From: Octopus vulgaris
Lineage: Eukaryota
Reading direction: 5' to 3'
NCBI GenBank assembly: GCA_951406725.2
Contig: OX597843.1
Location: 1,240,001-1,304,000 of the forward strand
Length of the DNA stretch: 64,000 bases
The position numbers and the translations under genes are program-made. Each line of letters begins with the position of its first letter. Positions within the stretch are counted from its first letter, which is position 1. Below the pieces are notes generated by a model. The model was not told the origin of the DNA and searched no databases. It worked only from the letters and a program-made list of their open reading frames with translations. Positions 1-12,213 of this stretch are shown here, piece by piece.

Positions 1-446
1 AGAAAAAAGATGGAAGAAATCAAGACTCGTGGATTACTGCTGTAGGCTATTGAGAGCAATAAAGTAATAATGAGTTTATGGTATACAGTAGTCAAGTGCA
101 CTACACTTTGTCAGAAAATGATAAAATAGGGGACAAAGTGGTGCTAAGACAGTAATGATAGGTAAAGATTCATGCAGGTTCTTGGTAAAGGTACATCAGG
201 TTCATGTAGCTGGAATATATCTTGGTTTCCATGATGTATGAGTGACTGGGAGTATGGTATTCTCTATTGAGTAGAGCACTAGTCTGTTCAGCTACTCAGA
301 GTATTTGGTTAGTACTCATTTTCTGCTGAGTGGTCCGAGAGCAACATGAAAAATTTAAGAACAACTTGCCACTTAGTGGTTAGAGTGTTGGGTTCACGTT
401 CATAAAGTTGTGGTTTCAGTTTTCAGACTGTTGTGTGTCTTTACAT

Positions 447-665
447 CAGTGGTTTTCAACCAGAGTTCCGCGGGACCTTAGGGTTCCGCCAGTACAGTCC
501 AGGGGTTCTGCAAGAAGTTACAAAACTGCTAAAATCGGCAGTAATTTTTAATTTTCCTGTGCAGATATGTGTGCATAAGACTATTAAATTATTGTACAGG
601 AGTTCCCCGAGCCAGTGGAATGTTTCCTTGGGGTTCCGCTCCAGCAAAAAGTTTGAAAAGCACTG
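447..665. mobile_element. hAT-type MITE
   Basis: Termini CAGTGGTTTTCAA...TTGAAAAGCACTG are inverted repeats, flanked by a perfect 8-bp TSD CTTTACAT (439-446 and 666-673). Confidence 0.85.
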
Positions 666-1089
666 CTTTACATATATGCGAAGTAGACATGATGAAACAA
701 CAACAGTAAAAACAAAGAAGTGTATTTGTGGGGAGGGGCAGTAACAGAGGAAAAGAATCCATAGGTGCTTTCTTTAGAGTGCAGGAGTGGCATTACTTCA
801 CTAAAGACTCAGGGGCTAGTGGTGGTTTCAAATTGGGCAATTGGTGTACCACTCAAAATATCATCATTGCATTCCACTTCTTCAAACAGGGCTGTTAAAC
901 GTTTCTGGTCGCATGACCCACCAATCTAAATCTCTCGGTTGATACCAGATGCCCTGCAGTAATTTGTAGGTTTATCTTTCTAGAACTTTGTTGCTCATGT
1001 GATCTGCCGCTTGATGGTGAAGATGAATTACAGGCCCCCTCGGTTGTATTAGATGTGGGAATGGCAAAAGACCCAGTTGGGTTGGTGTC

Positions 1090-1480
1090 ATAGCCAAAAC
1101 ATTGATAAATTTGCAGGAAGTGGATTGCTGAGACATAGCAAAAGTTTACCTTCAACAAAGACTAGGTCTGCATTCCAAGCTGGAATATGTCATTCTGCAA
1201 CAATTATTCCACCATGGGCCTGAAATGAGGCTTTACAGACTTCAGTTGAGGTCCACTGTGATATATTGCTCATATCTGGAACAGCGCTGTAGTTGCATAC
1301 TTTGTGCATGTTGAAAAGGAGCCACTTCACTGCTCAGCAGTAAAGCCATTGACAGGCACACTCCAGCTTTTGGCCTACCAACATGCTACATCCTCACTTT
1401 TACATTTTTATCTCTAATAAAAGAGCCTTTGCTCTTCAGAGCATCCTGGGCTCCTGCCACTACCACTCATTTTTCATGAC
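1090..1480 (+). pseudogene. Highly degraded non-LTR retrotransposon RT remnant (tentative)
   Basis: Broken frames read YRLQLRSTVIYCSY, resembling the LYKAQVRPxxEYCS motif of CR1/Jockey-group RT C-termini; many stops. Confidence 0.3.
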
Positions 1481-1911
1481 CTACTTTTCACTCCTCCCAT
1501 AATGCTACCAGGTCAGGAATTGATCCCACAATCTTATAATCATGAACCTGACACCATAACCACTTGGCCACAAATGTAATATTTAAGTTAGCTTTATCAT
1601 CAATCCGGTGGTTCAGATATTGATTATAACTGGCACATCTAGGACTGATGCTTTCTCTCATAGAGTTTTGTTATGATAGATTTGTGAGGGAAATTTAAAA
1701 GGTGCTATGTGAAAGCCTGACAGGCTGAATGTGTGTGGGTTTGGATGTGTAAAATTGGTTGAGCATCATGTTAATTAGACAAGTGAATGAAGTATATATA
1801 ATCAAGTAAAACTGTTGTGGATGCTGGTTCAGCATTGTTGGAGTCCCATTGCTGAGATTTGTGAAAGTATGTGAAGAAAGAAATGTGTGTGTGATAATAC
1901 AGAAATATATA

Positions 1912-1942
<31 letters not shown>

Positions 1943-2617
1943 ATATGTATGGAAACAGATCTACACATAGTTAATATATATGAAAAAATATATGCATAGT
2001 GAACATTTATGATAATGTGTGTATATAAATATGTTTATAATGTAAATATCTATAGCTAATGTGTATATATAATATATCTTAACATATGTGTATTACTATA
2101 TATATATATATATATATTATTTGACTGTGTGGATTAAGTTTGCTTCCTGACCATGTAGTTTCAGGTTCAGTCTTTGTGACACCATGAGCAAATGTCTTCT
2201 ATTGTAGCCTTGGGCTGACCAAAATCTTTTGCACGAATATAGTAGACATAAACGGAAATAAGCTTGTGTTTTGTGTGTAAGTTTATTTCCTTGTTTACAG
2301 AGATTCATTCCCTAGTGTATAATGGCTTCACTAGCAATGCCATTGTGCTTTCATGATGGACACGTTTCTTGACTTGTCTTCACCAGTTTTTCAACCACTT
2401 CTTCCTGGGTTTTTTTTATGCAAATTTGTCAAGTTTATTTGTTGTTTGATAGACTTTGATTATTAGCTTGAAATTTAGTTGTTGTTTGGAAACAGAAGGG
2501 GATCCAGCAGCAGAAAACTTGCCACCAACATACTCTCATGATCCATGCATGCCTGGAAAGATAGACATTGGAGATTTATATATATATATACACACACACA
2601 CACACATATATATATAT

Positions 2618-2807
2618 TACGGAGATGTACTTGCATAGCGAGTGACTTGATCTGAGATTGTGTGCTGAAACGCAAACAATTGCAGCGTGGAAGGTGTTTA
2701 TAAGCCATTTAAGAAACTCACAAAACTGTTAGATTCACTTCAACATATAAATTTAATTTGTCAAAATATTTTCGTCGCTTTGAGACCACGACCTGTTCAC
2801 TGACAAA
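2618..2807 (-). repeat. Dispersed ~190-bp repeat carrying a minimal hammerhead-like motif (Penelope-LTR-like)
   Basis: A second copy lies in the opposite orientation at ~11368-11559; this copy is inserted next to a (TA)n tract. Confidence 0.65.
2757..2807 (-). ncRNA. Minimal type I hammerhead-like motif with G3-C8 core swap
   Basis: Minus strand reads TTTGTCA GTGAACA G GTCGT-GGTCTCAAA-GCGAC GAAA ATAT TT TGACAAA: stem I, variant core, stem II, palindromic loop III, UH. Confidence 0.5.
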
Positions 2808-2840
2808 GCTTCATAAATATAATATATGACAATTATTCGG

Positions 2841-2914
2841 TAGCCATGATAAAACTCTGAGTTTCGGATGTCGGGGCGGAAACCCACACCAGCATCTCTT
2901 CAGTTATTGGGCCA
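2841..2914 (-). ncRNA. Type I hammerhead-like motif
   Basis: Minus strand reads ATAA CTGAAGA GATG...CATCC GAAA CTCAGAG TT TTAT, with stem I extendable by TGGCC/GGCTA. Confidence 0.55.
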
Positions 2915-3144
2915 TCGGAAAAAATGCTATGAAATTGGAAAGCGGACGCGAAATGATGATGATGATGATGATGATGTGTGTGAGAGTGAGAGAAGGCTGT
3001 GTGTTGTGTTCTTGACCAAGACACTTTATTTCATGTTGCTCCAATTCACTCAACTGTAGAAATGAGTTGCAATGTCACTGGTGCCAAGCTGTATTTTCCT
3101 TTGCCTTTCCCATGGACAACATGAATGGCATCACCAAAGGGATT

Positions 3145-3390
3145 ATCATCATCATCATCATCATCATCGTTTAACGTCCGTTTTCCGCGCTAGCACGGGT
3201 TGGACGGTTTCGACCGGAGTCTGGGGAGCTCGGGACTGCCCCAGGCTCCAGTCTAGTCTGGCAGTGTTTCTACAGCTGGATGCCCTTCCTAACGCCAACC
3301 ACTCCGCGAGTGTAGTGGGTGTTTTTTACGTGCCACCTGCACAGGTGCCAGAGGGTCTGGCATCGGCCACGTTCGGATGGTGCTTTTATG
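3145..3390 (-). mobile_element. SINE-like family B copy ((GAT)n tail)
   Basis: Shares GGCGTTAGGAAGGGCATCCAGC...CCGTCCAACCC...GGACGTTAAACGATGATG with about 10 copies in the window. Confidence 0.8.
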
Positions 3391-3644
3391 GGGGGGCAGA
3401 AATATATAGGGGAGCACCAGTGGGGAGGGGTGGTTCAGAGAAATGATGACAGGTTCTAGGCAAGTAGAACGTAGGATATCAAGAGAGGGGTAATGCATGG
3501 TGAAATAGCGCATTGAAGAGGGGGTTCGAAGAGTAGACACCTATAATGGTGGTGGGAGAAGCGACATCCGGTATAGATGGAGCAAAAATATAGAGATATC
3601 CGGTATTGGTGGTGGGGGTGGGCAAGGGCGGGTGCACCGGGAAT

Positions 3645-3976
3645 ATACGAAGGTTGAACTGACGGGCTGGCTTAGAAATACGAAGGTTGAACTGACGGGC
3701 TGGCTTAGAAATACGAAGGTTGAACTGACGGGCTGGCTTAGAAATACGAAGGTTGAACTGACGGGCTGGCTTAGAAATACGAAGGTTGAACTGACGGGCT
3801 GGCTTAGAAATACGAAGGTTGAACTGACGGGCTGGCTTAGAAATACGAAGGTTGAACTGACGGGCTGGCTTAGAAATACGAAGGTTGAACTGACGGGCTG
3901 GCTTAGAAATACGAAGGTTGAACTGACGGGCTGGCTTAGAAATACGAAGGTTGAACTGACGGGCTGGCTTAGAAAT
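3645..3976. repeat. 33-bp minisatellite, about 10 identical units
   Basis: Unit ATACGAAGGTTGAACTGACGGGCTGGCTTAGAA repeated without visible variation. Confidence 0.95.
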
Positions 3977-4264
3977 GCTCTTAGCAATGGAAGGGGGGGA
4001 ATGGCAGACAACGTGAGAAAGGGAGAGAGAGAGATAGATAGAGAAGAACAGTAGAACCCCGCGAAAATGGGCCGCCATTGAAAAAAACCCTGTATGGAGA
4101 AATAATATGCAATACGAGGCGAAGCTGAAAATAGTAATAATAATAATTATAATAATAATAAGCGAACTGTCGACCAGGGGATCAAAGGGACAATACTAGT
4201 ACTAATAATAGTAATAATAATTAATAACTAATAAACAAACAATATATATATATATATGTGTGTA

Positions 4265-4507
4265 ATTGTAATAATGAAGTCAAACCAAATAGTGTTATTT
4301 TGAAATCATTTAATATGTATGTTTCTGGTTTGCATAATATATAATAGGAAATGCATTGATTACATAAACCTTTCTTTGTTATAGATGCTTTAACTGAGAA
4401 AGGTTTACACAATGGATACATTTCCTATTATATATTATGCAAGCCTGAAACATATATATTAAATGATTTCAAAATATCACTATTTGGTTTGACTGCATTC
4501 TTACAAC
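4265..4507. repeat. Foldback palindrome / MITE (~240 bp)
   Basis: TTGTAATAATGAAGTCAAACCAAATAGTG... pairs with ...CACTATTTGGTTTGACTGCATTCTTACAA; arms are about 110 bp. Confidence 0.8.
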
Positions 4508-5747
4508 TAATGACTTGATACCAGTACAAACTAACCAGTCCAAACTCCACTTACGCAGGTAGTTTAACAATGATTGTGTGTGTGTGTGTGTGTAATGTAA
4601 TAAATGTGAAAACTAATTTGTGTGTCAGTGAGTCACATTTTGCCCCCCCCCTCTCACTATTCAATGACACTTCTACTATTCCTCATGCTGGGGTGAGAGT
4701 AATAGTAGGCATAATGACAGTGAGTAGCAATAGTAATAGATCTAATTTTCAAATCTAACCTTGACTTAATGCCACATGATGTAGCAAGTCTGTGAGACTT
4801 AATGCTGTGTGCTACCCCCAATACATAACTGTGTTTATTCCAGCAAGAGAAATAGCTGCTGTTTCTGTTTTACAGTTAATCTGTGATTGGTGTGCAAGAA
4901 TGTGGTCATTCTTTGCTGTGTGTAAAGCTTGAGCTTTGTATCTCTGGTCATTACTACTGCTCTCAGGTGGCAGTAGGGCCTGTTAGTCAGTATTGTTGCA
5001 TTTATCTCTGAGCAAGGAAACCTACTATTAAAGATATTCAAACCATGACATCCTGGCTTTTTAGGAGCCTAGCATCATCATCTCCAATGTTGGGTGTTGT
5101 TATTTGAAGGAGCTTTTGCTACAGAGTTGAGGCCCATGCTTCCTCACTGGTTTCCACTAAATTACTCTGTTGTATCATTGTTGCTTAGCCTCAGGTAAGG
5201 CCTGATCTAACAGATAGGCCTATGACCAAAGGCATTTTAGCCATTACTATCTTCTCTTATTTTCAGACACTTCTATTAGTTAAGAACTATATTGTCCTCT
5301 GTGATCTCTCATTGGTCTTTAAAGTGGTAGTGTGTGGTTCAAGGGAGTTTAGGTTGGTATTTCTAACAAGCTGAGCAACCATATCGAGCTTCATTCTTTC
5401 CTGAATGTTTTTTGTTGTTTAGCCCCGGGTCATCTCCATCTAGTCAGACCTATAATCAAAGTCATTCCCGCCATCACCATCCTGTCTTTTCTCTATGTGC
5501 AGGAAACCCAGGATTTGATTAACCAATGTATCCTTTTCTAAGACAGTGTGGTGTGATTTGAGGATAATTCAGTCTGCTATTTCTTGCAAGCTAACTGTTC
5601 ATGTGGTGCTCCTTTTGTGGCTTATATTGAAAACAATATAAGCCATTAAAGGGGCACCACATGAACAGTTATACAAAAGTGTCACAGATCAACACTTTTT
5701 TTTTTCCAGACGTCCGGTCACATGTATATTGTATCATCATCATTGTT

Positions 5748-5972
5748 TTAACCCTTTAAGCATTCAGATTACTTTGTCAAATGTAATTCTTATTTATCCA
5801 CAATGTTTTGAATTAATCAAGCATCATCTCCTAGCTTTGAGATTTCAATGATGTGGTTGTTTACTTTTAGAACGAGGTTGTAAGGTTGGTCTGAGAGGCT
5901 GAATTCGGTCAGTTTGAACATAAAACAGATGATTTTGGCCAGATGTGGCTGGTTTCAATGTTAATGGGTTAA
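5748..5972. mobile_element. piggyBac-like MITE (TTAA-CCC...GGG-TTAA)
   Basis: TTAACCCTTTA...GGGTTAA termini; related copies at ~17080-17291, 20440-20654, 24415-24640 and 39360-39784. Confidence 0.7.
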
Positions 5973-6544
5973 TGTCTACTTTTCCATGCTGGCATGTGTC
6001 GTCAGATGGAATTTAAGGCAGGTTCTGTGTAGCCTGATGCCTTTCCTGTTTCCAAGTAGAGTAATGTTTCCTGTAGTCTGGAGATGTCTTCATGGAAGAT
6101 TGCAGACAAATGTCTCTGCTTGTATGGCAGTGATGTTTGACCAGGCAGAAGACCGCACCAGACTTGTGTGTCTGTTTTGGCACAGTTTTTGCAGCTGGAT
6201 GCCCTTCCAAGCACACCAACCAACCCATAGAGTGAATGCTTTTTACATGGCACCAGCACAGGCCAGTTCAGTTCCGGCATGGTTTCTACAACTGTATGCA
6301 CTTCCAAATGCTAACCATTCTACAGTGGAGTTTGTCTGGATGCTTTTTGCATGACATCAGCCCTTAGCAAGGTCACCAAGTAACTTGCAAGATAAAAAAA
6401 AAAAACCTTTGAGAGGAGAGGGGCATTTGAGGAGGTGTAAGTAAAATTTAAGCAAATCATGACACAAAAGACTACCCAAAAGCAATCAAGCACTCAGTGG
6501 TCTTACAAGAACATTAAATTTGAAAATGTTATTAGAAAAAGTTT

Positions 6545-7140
6545 GTGGCCTACGTGTGGTAAGTAGCTTGCTAACTAACCACATGGTTCCGGGTTCAGTC
6601 CCACTGCATGGCACCTTGGGCAAGTGTCTTCTGCTATAGCCTCGGGCCGACCAAAGCCTTGTGAGTGGATTTGGTAGACGGAAACTGAAAGAAGCCTGTT
6701 GTATATATGTATTTATATATATATATATATATATGTGCGGGTGGCACGTAAAAAGCACCCACTACTCACGGAGTGGTTGGCGTTAGGAATGGCATCCAGC
6801 CGTAGAAACACTGCCAGATCAGACTGGGCCTGATGCAGCCTTCTGGCTTCACAGACCCCAGTTGAACCGTCCAACCCATGCTAGCATGGAAAGCGGACGC
6901 TAAATGATGATGATGATGTATGTGTGTGTATATGTTTGTGTGTCTGTGTTTGTCCCCCCAACATCGCTTGACAACCGATGGTGGTGTGTTTACGTCCCCG
7001 TCACTTAGCGGTTCGGCAACAGAGACCGTTGGAATAAGTACTGAGCTTACAAAGAATAAGTCTCGGGGTCGATCTGCTCGACTTAAAGGCGGTACTCCAG
7101 CATGGCCGCAGTCAAATGACTGAAACAAGTAAAAGAGAGA
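6545..7140 (+). mobile_element. tRNA-derived SINE family A with a nested family B insertion (~6738-6918)
   Basis: B-box-like GGTTCAGTCCC, CORE-like ACCTTGGGCAAGT, central (TA/TG) microsatellite, and tail GGCGGTRCTCCAGCATGGCCGCAGTCAAATGACTGAAAC. Confidence 0.85.
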
Positions 7141-7618
7141 GTGACCCTGTTAGGGGTTGTGGCTGGTGATGGTGCATCAGCAGTGCTATGTCAGCACATA
7201 TTCTTAGCTTTCTTCCCAAATTCCTCATCTATCATTTTGCCTTATGATTGATTATAATATTGCTATTTCTCTTCAGTTTTTTTTTTTTTTTTTTTTTGTA
7301 TGTCTCTTATTTGAGTCATCTGTCTAATTAATTAGCGAGTCCTCCCTATGGGCCTGGCCCACGATGGAAGCACTCACATGTACTAGAACCGCTTCCAACT
7401 TCAATGTTCACCCGTCACCATCGCACTAATGTAAGTAGACTTGTTACAAATAAATCATTATTGTTTATTTATTGTCACCTTTCAGCTGATAGTTATAGTT
7501 TGTCTTGTAACAGCAGGGCAAGGACATCTGTTCTCTGTTTTTGATAAATGCTGCCTGACCGGAATTATGGATGTAGTTTAAGTGTTTATAGCTTTGAACA
7601 GCCTACTTTCGGTGTATA

Positions 7619-8022
7619 CTCTTTTACTCTTTTCAGTCATTTGACTGCGGCCATGCTGGAGCACCGCCTTTTTCAGTCGAGCAAATCGACCCCGGGACTT
7701 ATTCTTTGCAAGCCCAGTACTTATTCTATCAGTCTCTTTTGCCGAACCGCTAAGTGACGGAGACGTAAACACACCAGCATCGGTTGTCAAGCAATGCTAG
7801 GGAGACAAACACATAGACACACATACATACATATATATATATATATATACACACATATACGACAGGCTTCTTTCAGTTTCCATCTACCAAGTCCACTCAC
7901 AAGGCATTGGTCGGCCCGGGGCTATAGCAGAAGACACTTGCCCAAGATGCCACGCTGTGGGACTGAACCTGGAACCATGTGGTTGGTTAGCAAGCTACTT
8001 ACCACACAGCCACTCCTGCGCC
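7619..8022 (-). mobile_element. SINE family A
   Basis: Full head GGCGCAGGAGTGGCTGTGTGG through to the tail, on the minus strand. Confidence 0.9.
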
Positions 8023-8644
8023 TGTATGCATGTTATCTCAGTAATAGTTGTATTCTTGTTTAACCCAGGTCAACACTGATCCAGTAGACTTATAATCAAA
8101 ACTACTGTAGGTGCTACCTGCCTATTTTTTTGTATCCAGACTTGACACCCCTGGGGCTGGTGTCATGTAAATGGCACCCTGCTGGTGTTGTGTAAATGGC
8201 ATTTGTGAAATCATAGTTGTGCCTGTCGCAGGTGTCAGTGGCACATAAAAGCACCCATTACACTCTTGGAGTGGCTGGCATTAGGAAGGGCATCTAGCCG
8301 TAGAAACCATGCCAAATCAGGCTGGAGCCTAGCGTAGCTCTCTGGCTTACTAGATCCAGTCAAACCGTTTAGCCCACGCCAGCATGGAAAGTGGATATTA
8401 AAGGAGGATGCTGATGTGCCTTTCCTTGGTGATTTAAGAGGGAGATGTAGTTGCTATTCCTTGCAGGTTGTTACCTTATAGAGGCTCGCTTGTGGCTTGA
8501 AATGATAATGTTTGTTTAGGGCCAAAGTGGCTACTGTATTAAGTATGGTCAAATTAATGTCTGCTTAGTATGGTAGTAGGTTCTGTGGCATTAGAAGGCT
8601 TGACAGGTAGAATCTGTAGAATCTGGAAGTGAGACTTCTACATT

Positions 8645-9034
8645 ACTCTTTTACTTGTTTCAGTCATTTGACTGTGGCCATGCTGGAGTACCGCCTTTAG
8701 TCGAGCAGATCGACCCCGGGACTTATTCTTTGTAAGCCCAGTACTTATTCTATCGGTCTCTTTTGCTGAACCGCTAAGTGACGGGGACGTAAACACACCA
8801 GCATCGGTTGTCAAGCAATGCTAGAGGGACAAACACAAACACACACACACACACATATATATACATATATACGACAGGCTTCTTTCAGTTTCCGTCTACC
8901 AAATCCACTCACAAGGCTTTGGTCGGCCCGAGGCTATAACAGAAGACACTTGCCCAAGATGCCACGCAGTGGGACTGAACCCGGAACCATGTGGTTGGTT
9001 AGCAAGCTACTTACCACACAGCCACTCCTGCGCC
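8645..9034 (-). mobile_element. SINE family A
   Basis: Full-length copy with the same head and tail. Confidence 0.9.
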
Positions 9035-9856
9035 ATTGTTAATTATTAGAATCTAAAATAGTGTTGATGATAATTTCATAACCATATAGTCGTTGGTTCA
9101 ATTCCCCTGTGTGGGCGCTGTAGGTAAATGCTTTTTTACTGATGTATGTATCCTTGTCTTTTGACGGTTGTAAATAAGCTTCACCATCAGACAAGTGATG
9201 TATATTTTCAAAAATGACTACAAATGAGCTTCATGTCTGAAAGAACATGTTTGGACATGTGGAAACATTAGCTTGTTTGGAGATAGGCGAAAGGGTTGAT
9301 GACAGGAAGGTATAGAAAATCTACATCAGCAAATTGTTTGATCTATGTGAGCATGGTAGATATTAAAATGATGAAGAATAATCATAATTTTGTTACACAC
9401 AGTGGCTCAGATTTTAAGGGCAGAGAACTATTATATCAGTGTTAGTTGACCCAGAAAAGATGAATTAAGCCCCAGGGTTAATTGTCAAACATTTTACCCG
9501 ATTCCTCCACAAATTCTTAGAAAGTAATCCTAAGAACGACATCTGTATTTATTAGCCATTTTGTGATGATATTTCTAGGGAATTGACCAGACAGTTTAAT
9601 TAATCATAAAACGTGAGGGATTTGGTAAATAATCCTATTTCATAATTATTCTAAGACTAAGTAGAAATTATGATGGTACACTTTAAAATGAATTACTATG
9701 TATGTTAGAAATTAGTCATTCTTAAGATGGTATCAAAAAGATGGGGATGGAGAGACAGGGAAGCTAGCGAGTACTATGTGGAAACTGAATTCACATTCTG
9801 GTACCATTGGATCTTGTAACATCACCATATGTTTTGTGATTCACTTGAAATTCTAT

Positions 9857-10261
9857 ACTCTTTTACTCTTTTACATGTTTCAGTCGTTTGACTGCGGCCA
9901 TGCTGGAGCACTGCCTTTAGTCGAGCAAATCGACCCCGGGACTTATTCTTTGTAAGCCCAGTACTTATTCTATCGGTCTCTTTTGCCAAACCGCTAAGTG
10001 ACGGGTACGTAAACACACTAGCATCGGTTATCAAGCAATGCTAGGGGTACAAACACAGACACACAAACACATACTCATACATACATATATATACATATAT
10101 ACGACAGGTTTCTTTCAGTTTCTGTCTACCAAATCCACTCACAAGGCTTTGGTCGGCCCGAGGCTATAGCAGAAGACACTTGCCCAAGATGCCACGCAGT
10201 GGGACTGAACCCGGAACCATGTGGTTGGTTAGCAAGCTACTGACCACACAGCCACTCCTGC
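9857..10261 (-). mobile_element. SINE family A
   Basis: Near full-length copy. Confidence 0.9.
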
Positions 10262-10400
10262 AATGATTTTACAAAGATATAAAATAATTTTTATTTAGTC
10301 TCTCACCCAATATCATTCCTGCTGGTTTGCTTCTCAGTCAAATGGTTTGGAGTTTGATGCTAGAGAGCAGCAATTTGAGAACGTGCTGCTTTGTCATATC

Positions 10401-10629
10401 TGTTTCTTTATTGCCCACAAGGGGCCAAACATAGAGGGGACAAACAAGGACAGACAAATGGATTAAGTCGATTACATTGACCCCAGTGCGTAACTGGTAC
10501 TTAATTTATCGACCCCGAAAGGATGAAAGGCAAAGTCGACCTCGGCGGAATTTGAACTCAGAACGCAATGACCGCAATACCGCTAAGCATTTCGCCTGGT
10601 GTGCTAACGTTTCTGCCAGCTTTCCGCCT
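10401..10629 (-). mobile_element. SINE family C (Tx1-like 3' tail)
   Basis: Head GCTGGCAGAAACGTTAGC, B-box-like GAGTTCAAATTCC, tail GCCCCTTGTGGGCAATAAAGAAA; TSD TCATATCT. Confidence 0.85.
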
Positions 10630-10949
10630 TATCATATCTTTGTCATATCTTCAGGTTATTGTATACATGTGTGTTTGTGTGCATGTGGATGTCTGTTTAT
10701 GAGGCACAGAGATGACTGTGTGGTTAAAAAGTTTGCTTCCAAACCAAGTGTTTTCAGCTTCTTCCCATTGTGAGGCACCTTGGGCAAGTGTCTTCTGCTA
10801 CAGACATAGATCTACTAAAACCTTGTGAGTGGATGTGGTAGGCCAAAAGTGAAAAGAAGCCTAAATTGAAATGTGTTCAGTTGGTGGTGGTGGTGAGTAC
10901 TTTTCCTGTTAATAAATTCATACCTTTGAAGTAGTCTGGAATATGAGAT

Positions 10950-11137
10950 ACCTATTTCTTTATTACCCACAAGGGGCTAAACATAAAAGGGACAAACAAG
11001 GACAGACATAGGTATTAAGTCGATTACATCGACCCCAGTGCGTAACTGGTACTTAATTTATCGACCCCGAAGGGATGAAAGGCAAAGTCAACCTCGGCAG
11101 AATTTGAACTCACATTCCACCAAGGTCGACTTTGCCT
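10950..11137 (-). mobile_element. SINE family C, 5'-truncated with inverted 5' segment
   Basis: Tail near 10955, body to ~11112, then an inverted copy of ATTCCACCAAGGTCGACTTTGCC; TSD TATGAGAT. Confidence 0.8.
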
Positions 11138-11367
11138 TATGAGATGATACCTTGAGCAATAATATACTGTTGTTGACATTTCCTTGTTATTATGACCACT
11201 TTCTTCATGTTCAAACACTTGTGTGATATAAAAATGAAGAGTGTCTGGCCATTAAAACCAGTTCCCTTATGTGAGTTACTAACTACAAGACCAGACATGC
11301 ATAATACCTATATGAAATTATTTGCTTTCCAATGGGGAGATTTGTATAATCCGTGATGCAGCATGGA

Positions 11368-11559
11368 TTTTTGTCAATGAACAGGTTGCGGTCTCAAAGC
11401 GCTGAAAATATTTTGACAAATTAAACTTAAATGTTGAAGTGAATCAAACAGCTTTTGTGTGTTTCTTAAATGGCTTACAAACACCTTCCACGCTGCAATT
11501 GTTTTCGTTCCAGCACACAATCTCAGATCAAATCACTTGCTATGCAAGTACATCTCCGA
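11368..11559 (+). repeat. Second, more degenerate copy of the hammerhead-bearing ~190-bp repeat
   Basis: Reverse-complement match to 2618-2807; the motif reads TTTGTCA ATGAACA GGTTGCG...GCGCT GAAA ATAT TT TGACAAA. Confidence 0.65.
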
Positions 11560-11814
11560 GATTTGTATAATATTTTGAGAAAAAGTAGCAAAATCTTCCC
11601 CCAAATTTACCTTGCTCAAGGAAACTGATGTTAGAAGTGTGATGAAATGGAGTGTTTTAATTTCTTTTTGGTTTCTCTCTTGGAGATTGAAATGGTTCGA
11701 AAATGAGAATACACATCAAATGAAAGATGTAGAGGCAGGGAGGATGGAGAGTGATGGTGTGTCAACTCTGGCATCACATAAAACTCTCTTGATCTATTCT
11801 TTTTTTCTTTTATT

Positions 11815-12213
11815 CTTGTACTTGTTTCAGTCATTTGACTGCGGCCATGCTGGAGCACCGCCTTTTTTAGTCGAGCAAATCGACCCCAGGACTTATTCTT
11901 TGTAAGCCTAGTACTTATTCTATTGGTCTCTTTTGTCGAACTGCTAAGTAACGGGGACGTAAACATATCAGCATCGGTTGTTAAGCTATGTTGGGGGGAC
12001 AAACACAGACACACAAACATATACACACATACATATATATACATATATACGACGGGCTTCTTTCAGTTTCTGTCTACCAGATCCACTCACAAGGCTTTGG
12101 TCAGCCCAAGGCTATAGTAGAAGACACTTACCCAAGGTGCCGCGCAGTGGGACTGAACCCGGAACCATGTGGTTAGTAAGCAAGCTACTTACCACACAGC
12201 TACTCCTACGCCT
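11815..12213 (-). mobile_element. SINE family A
   Basis: Full-length copy. Confidence 0.9.

Noticed and set aside
3479-4078. 199-aa repeat protein (ISKPARQFNLR)n
   Set aside because: A 33-bp unit without stops opens several frames on both strands; there is no synonymous variation or splice context to suggest coding.
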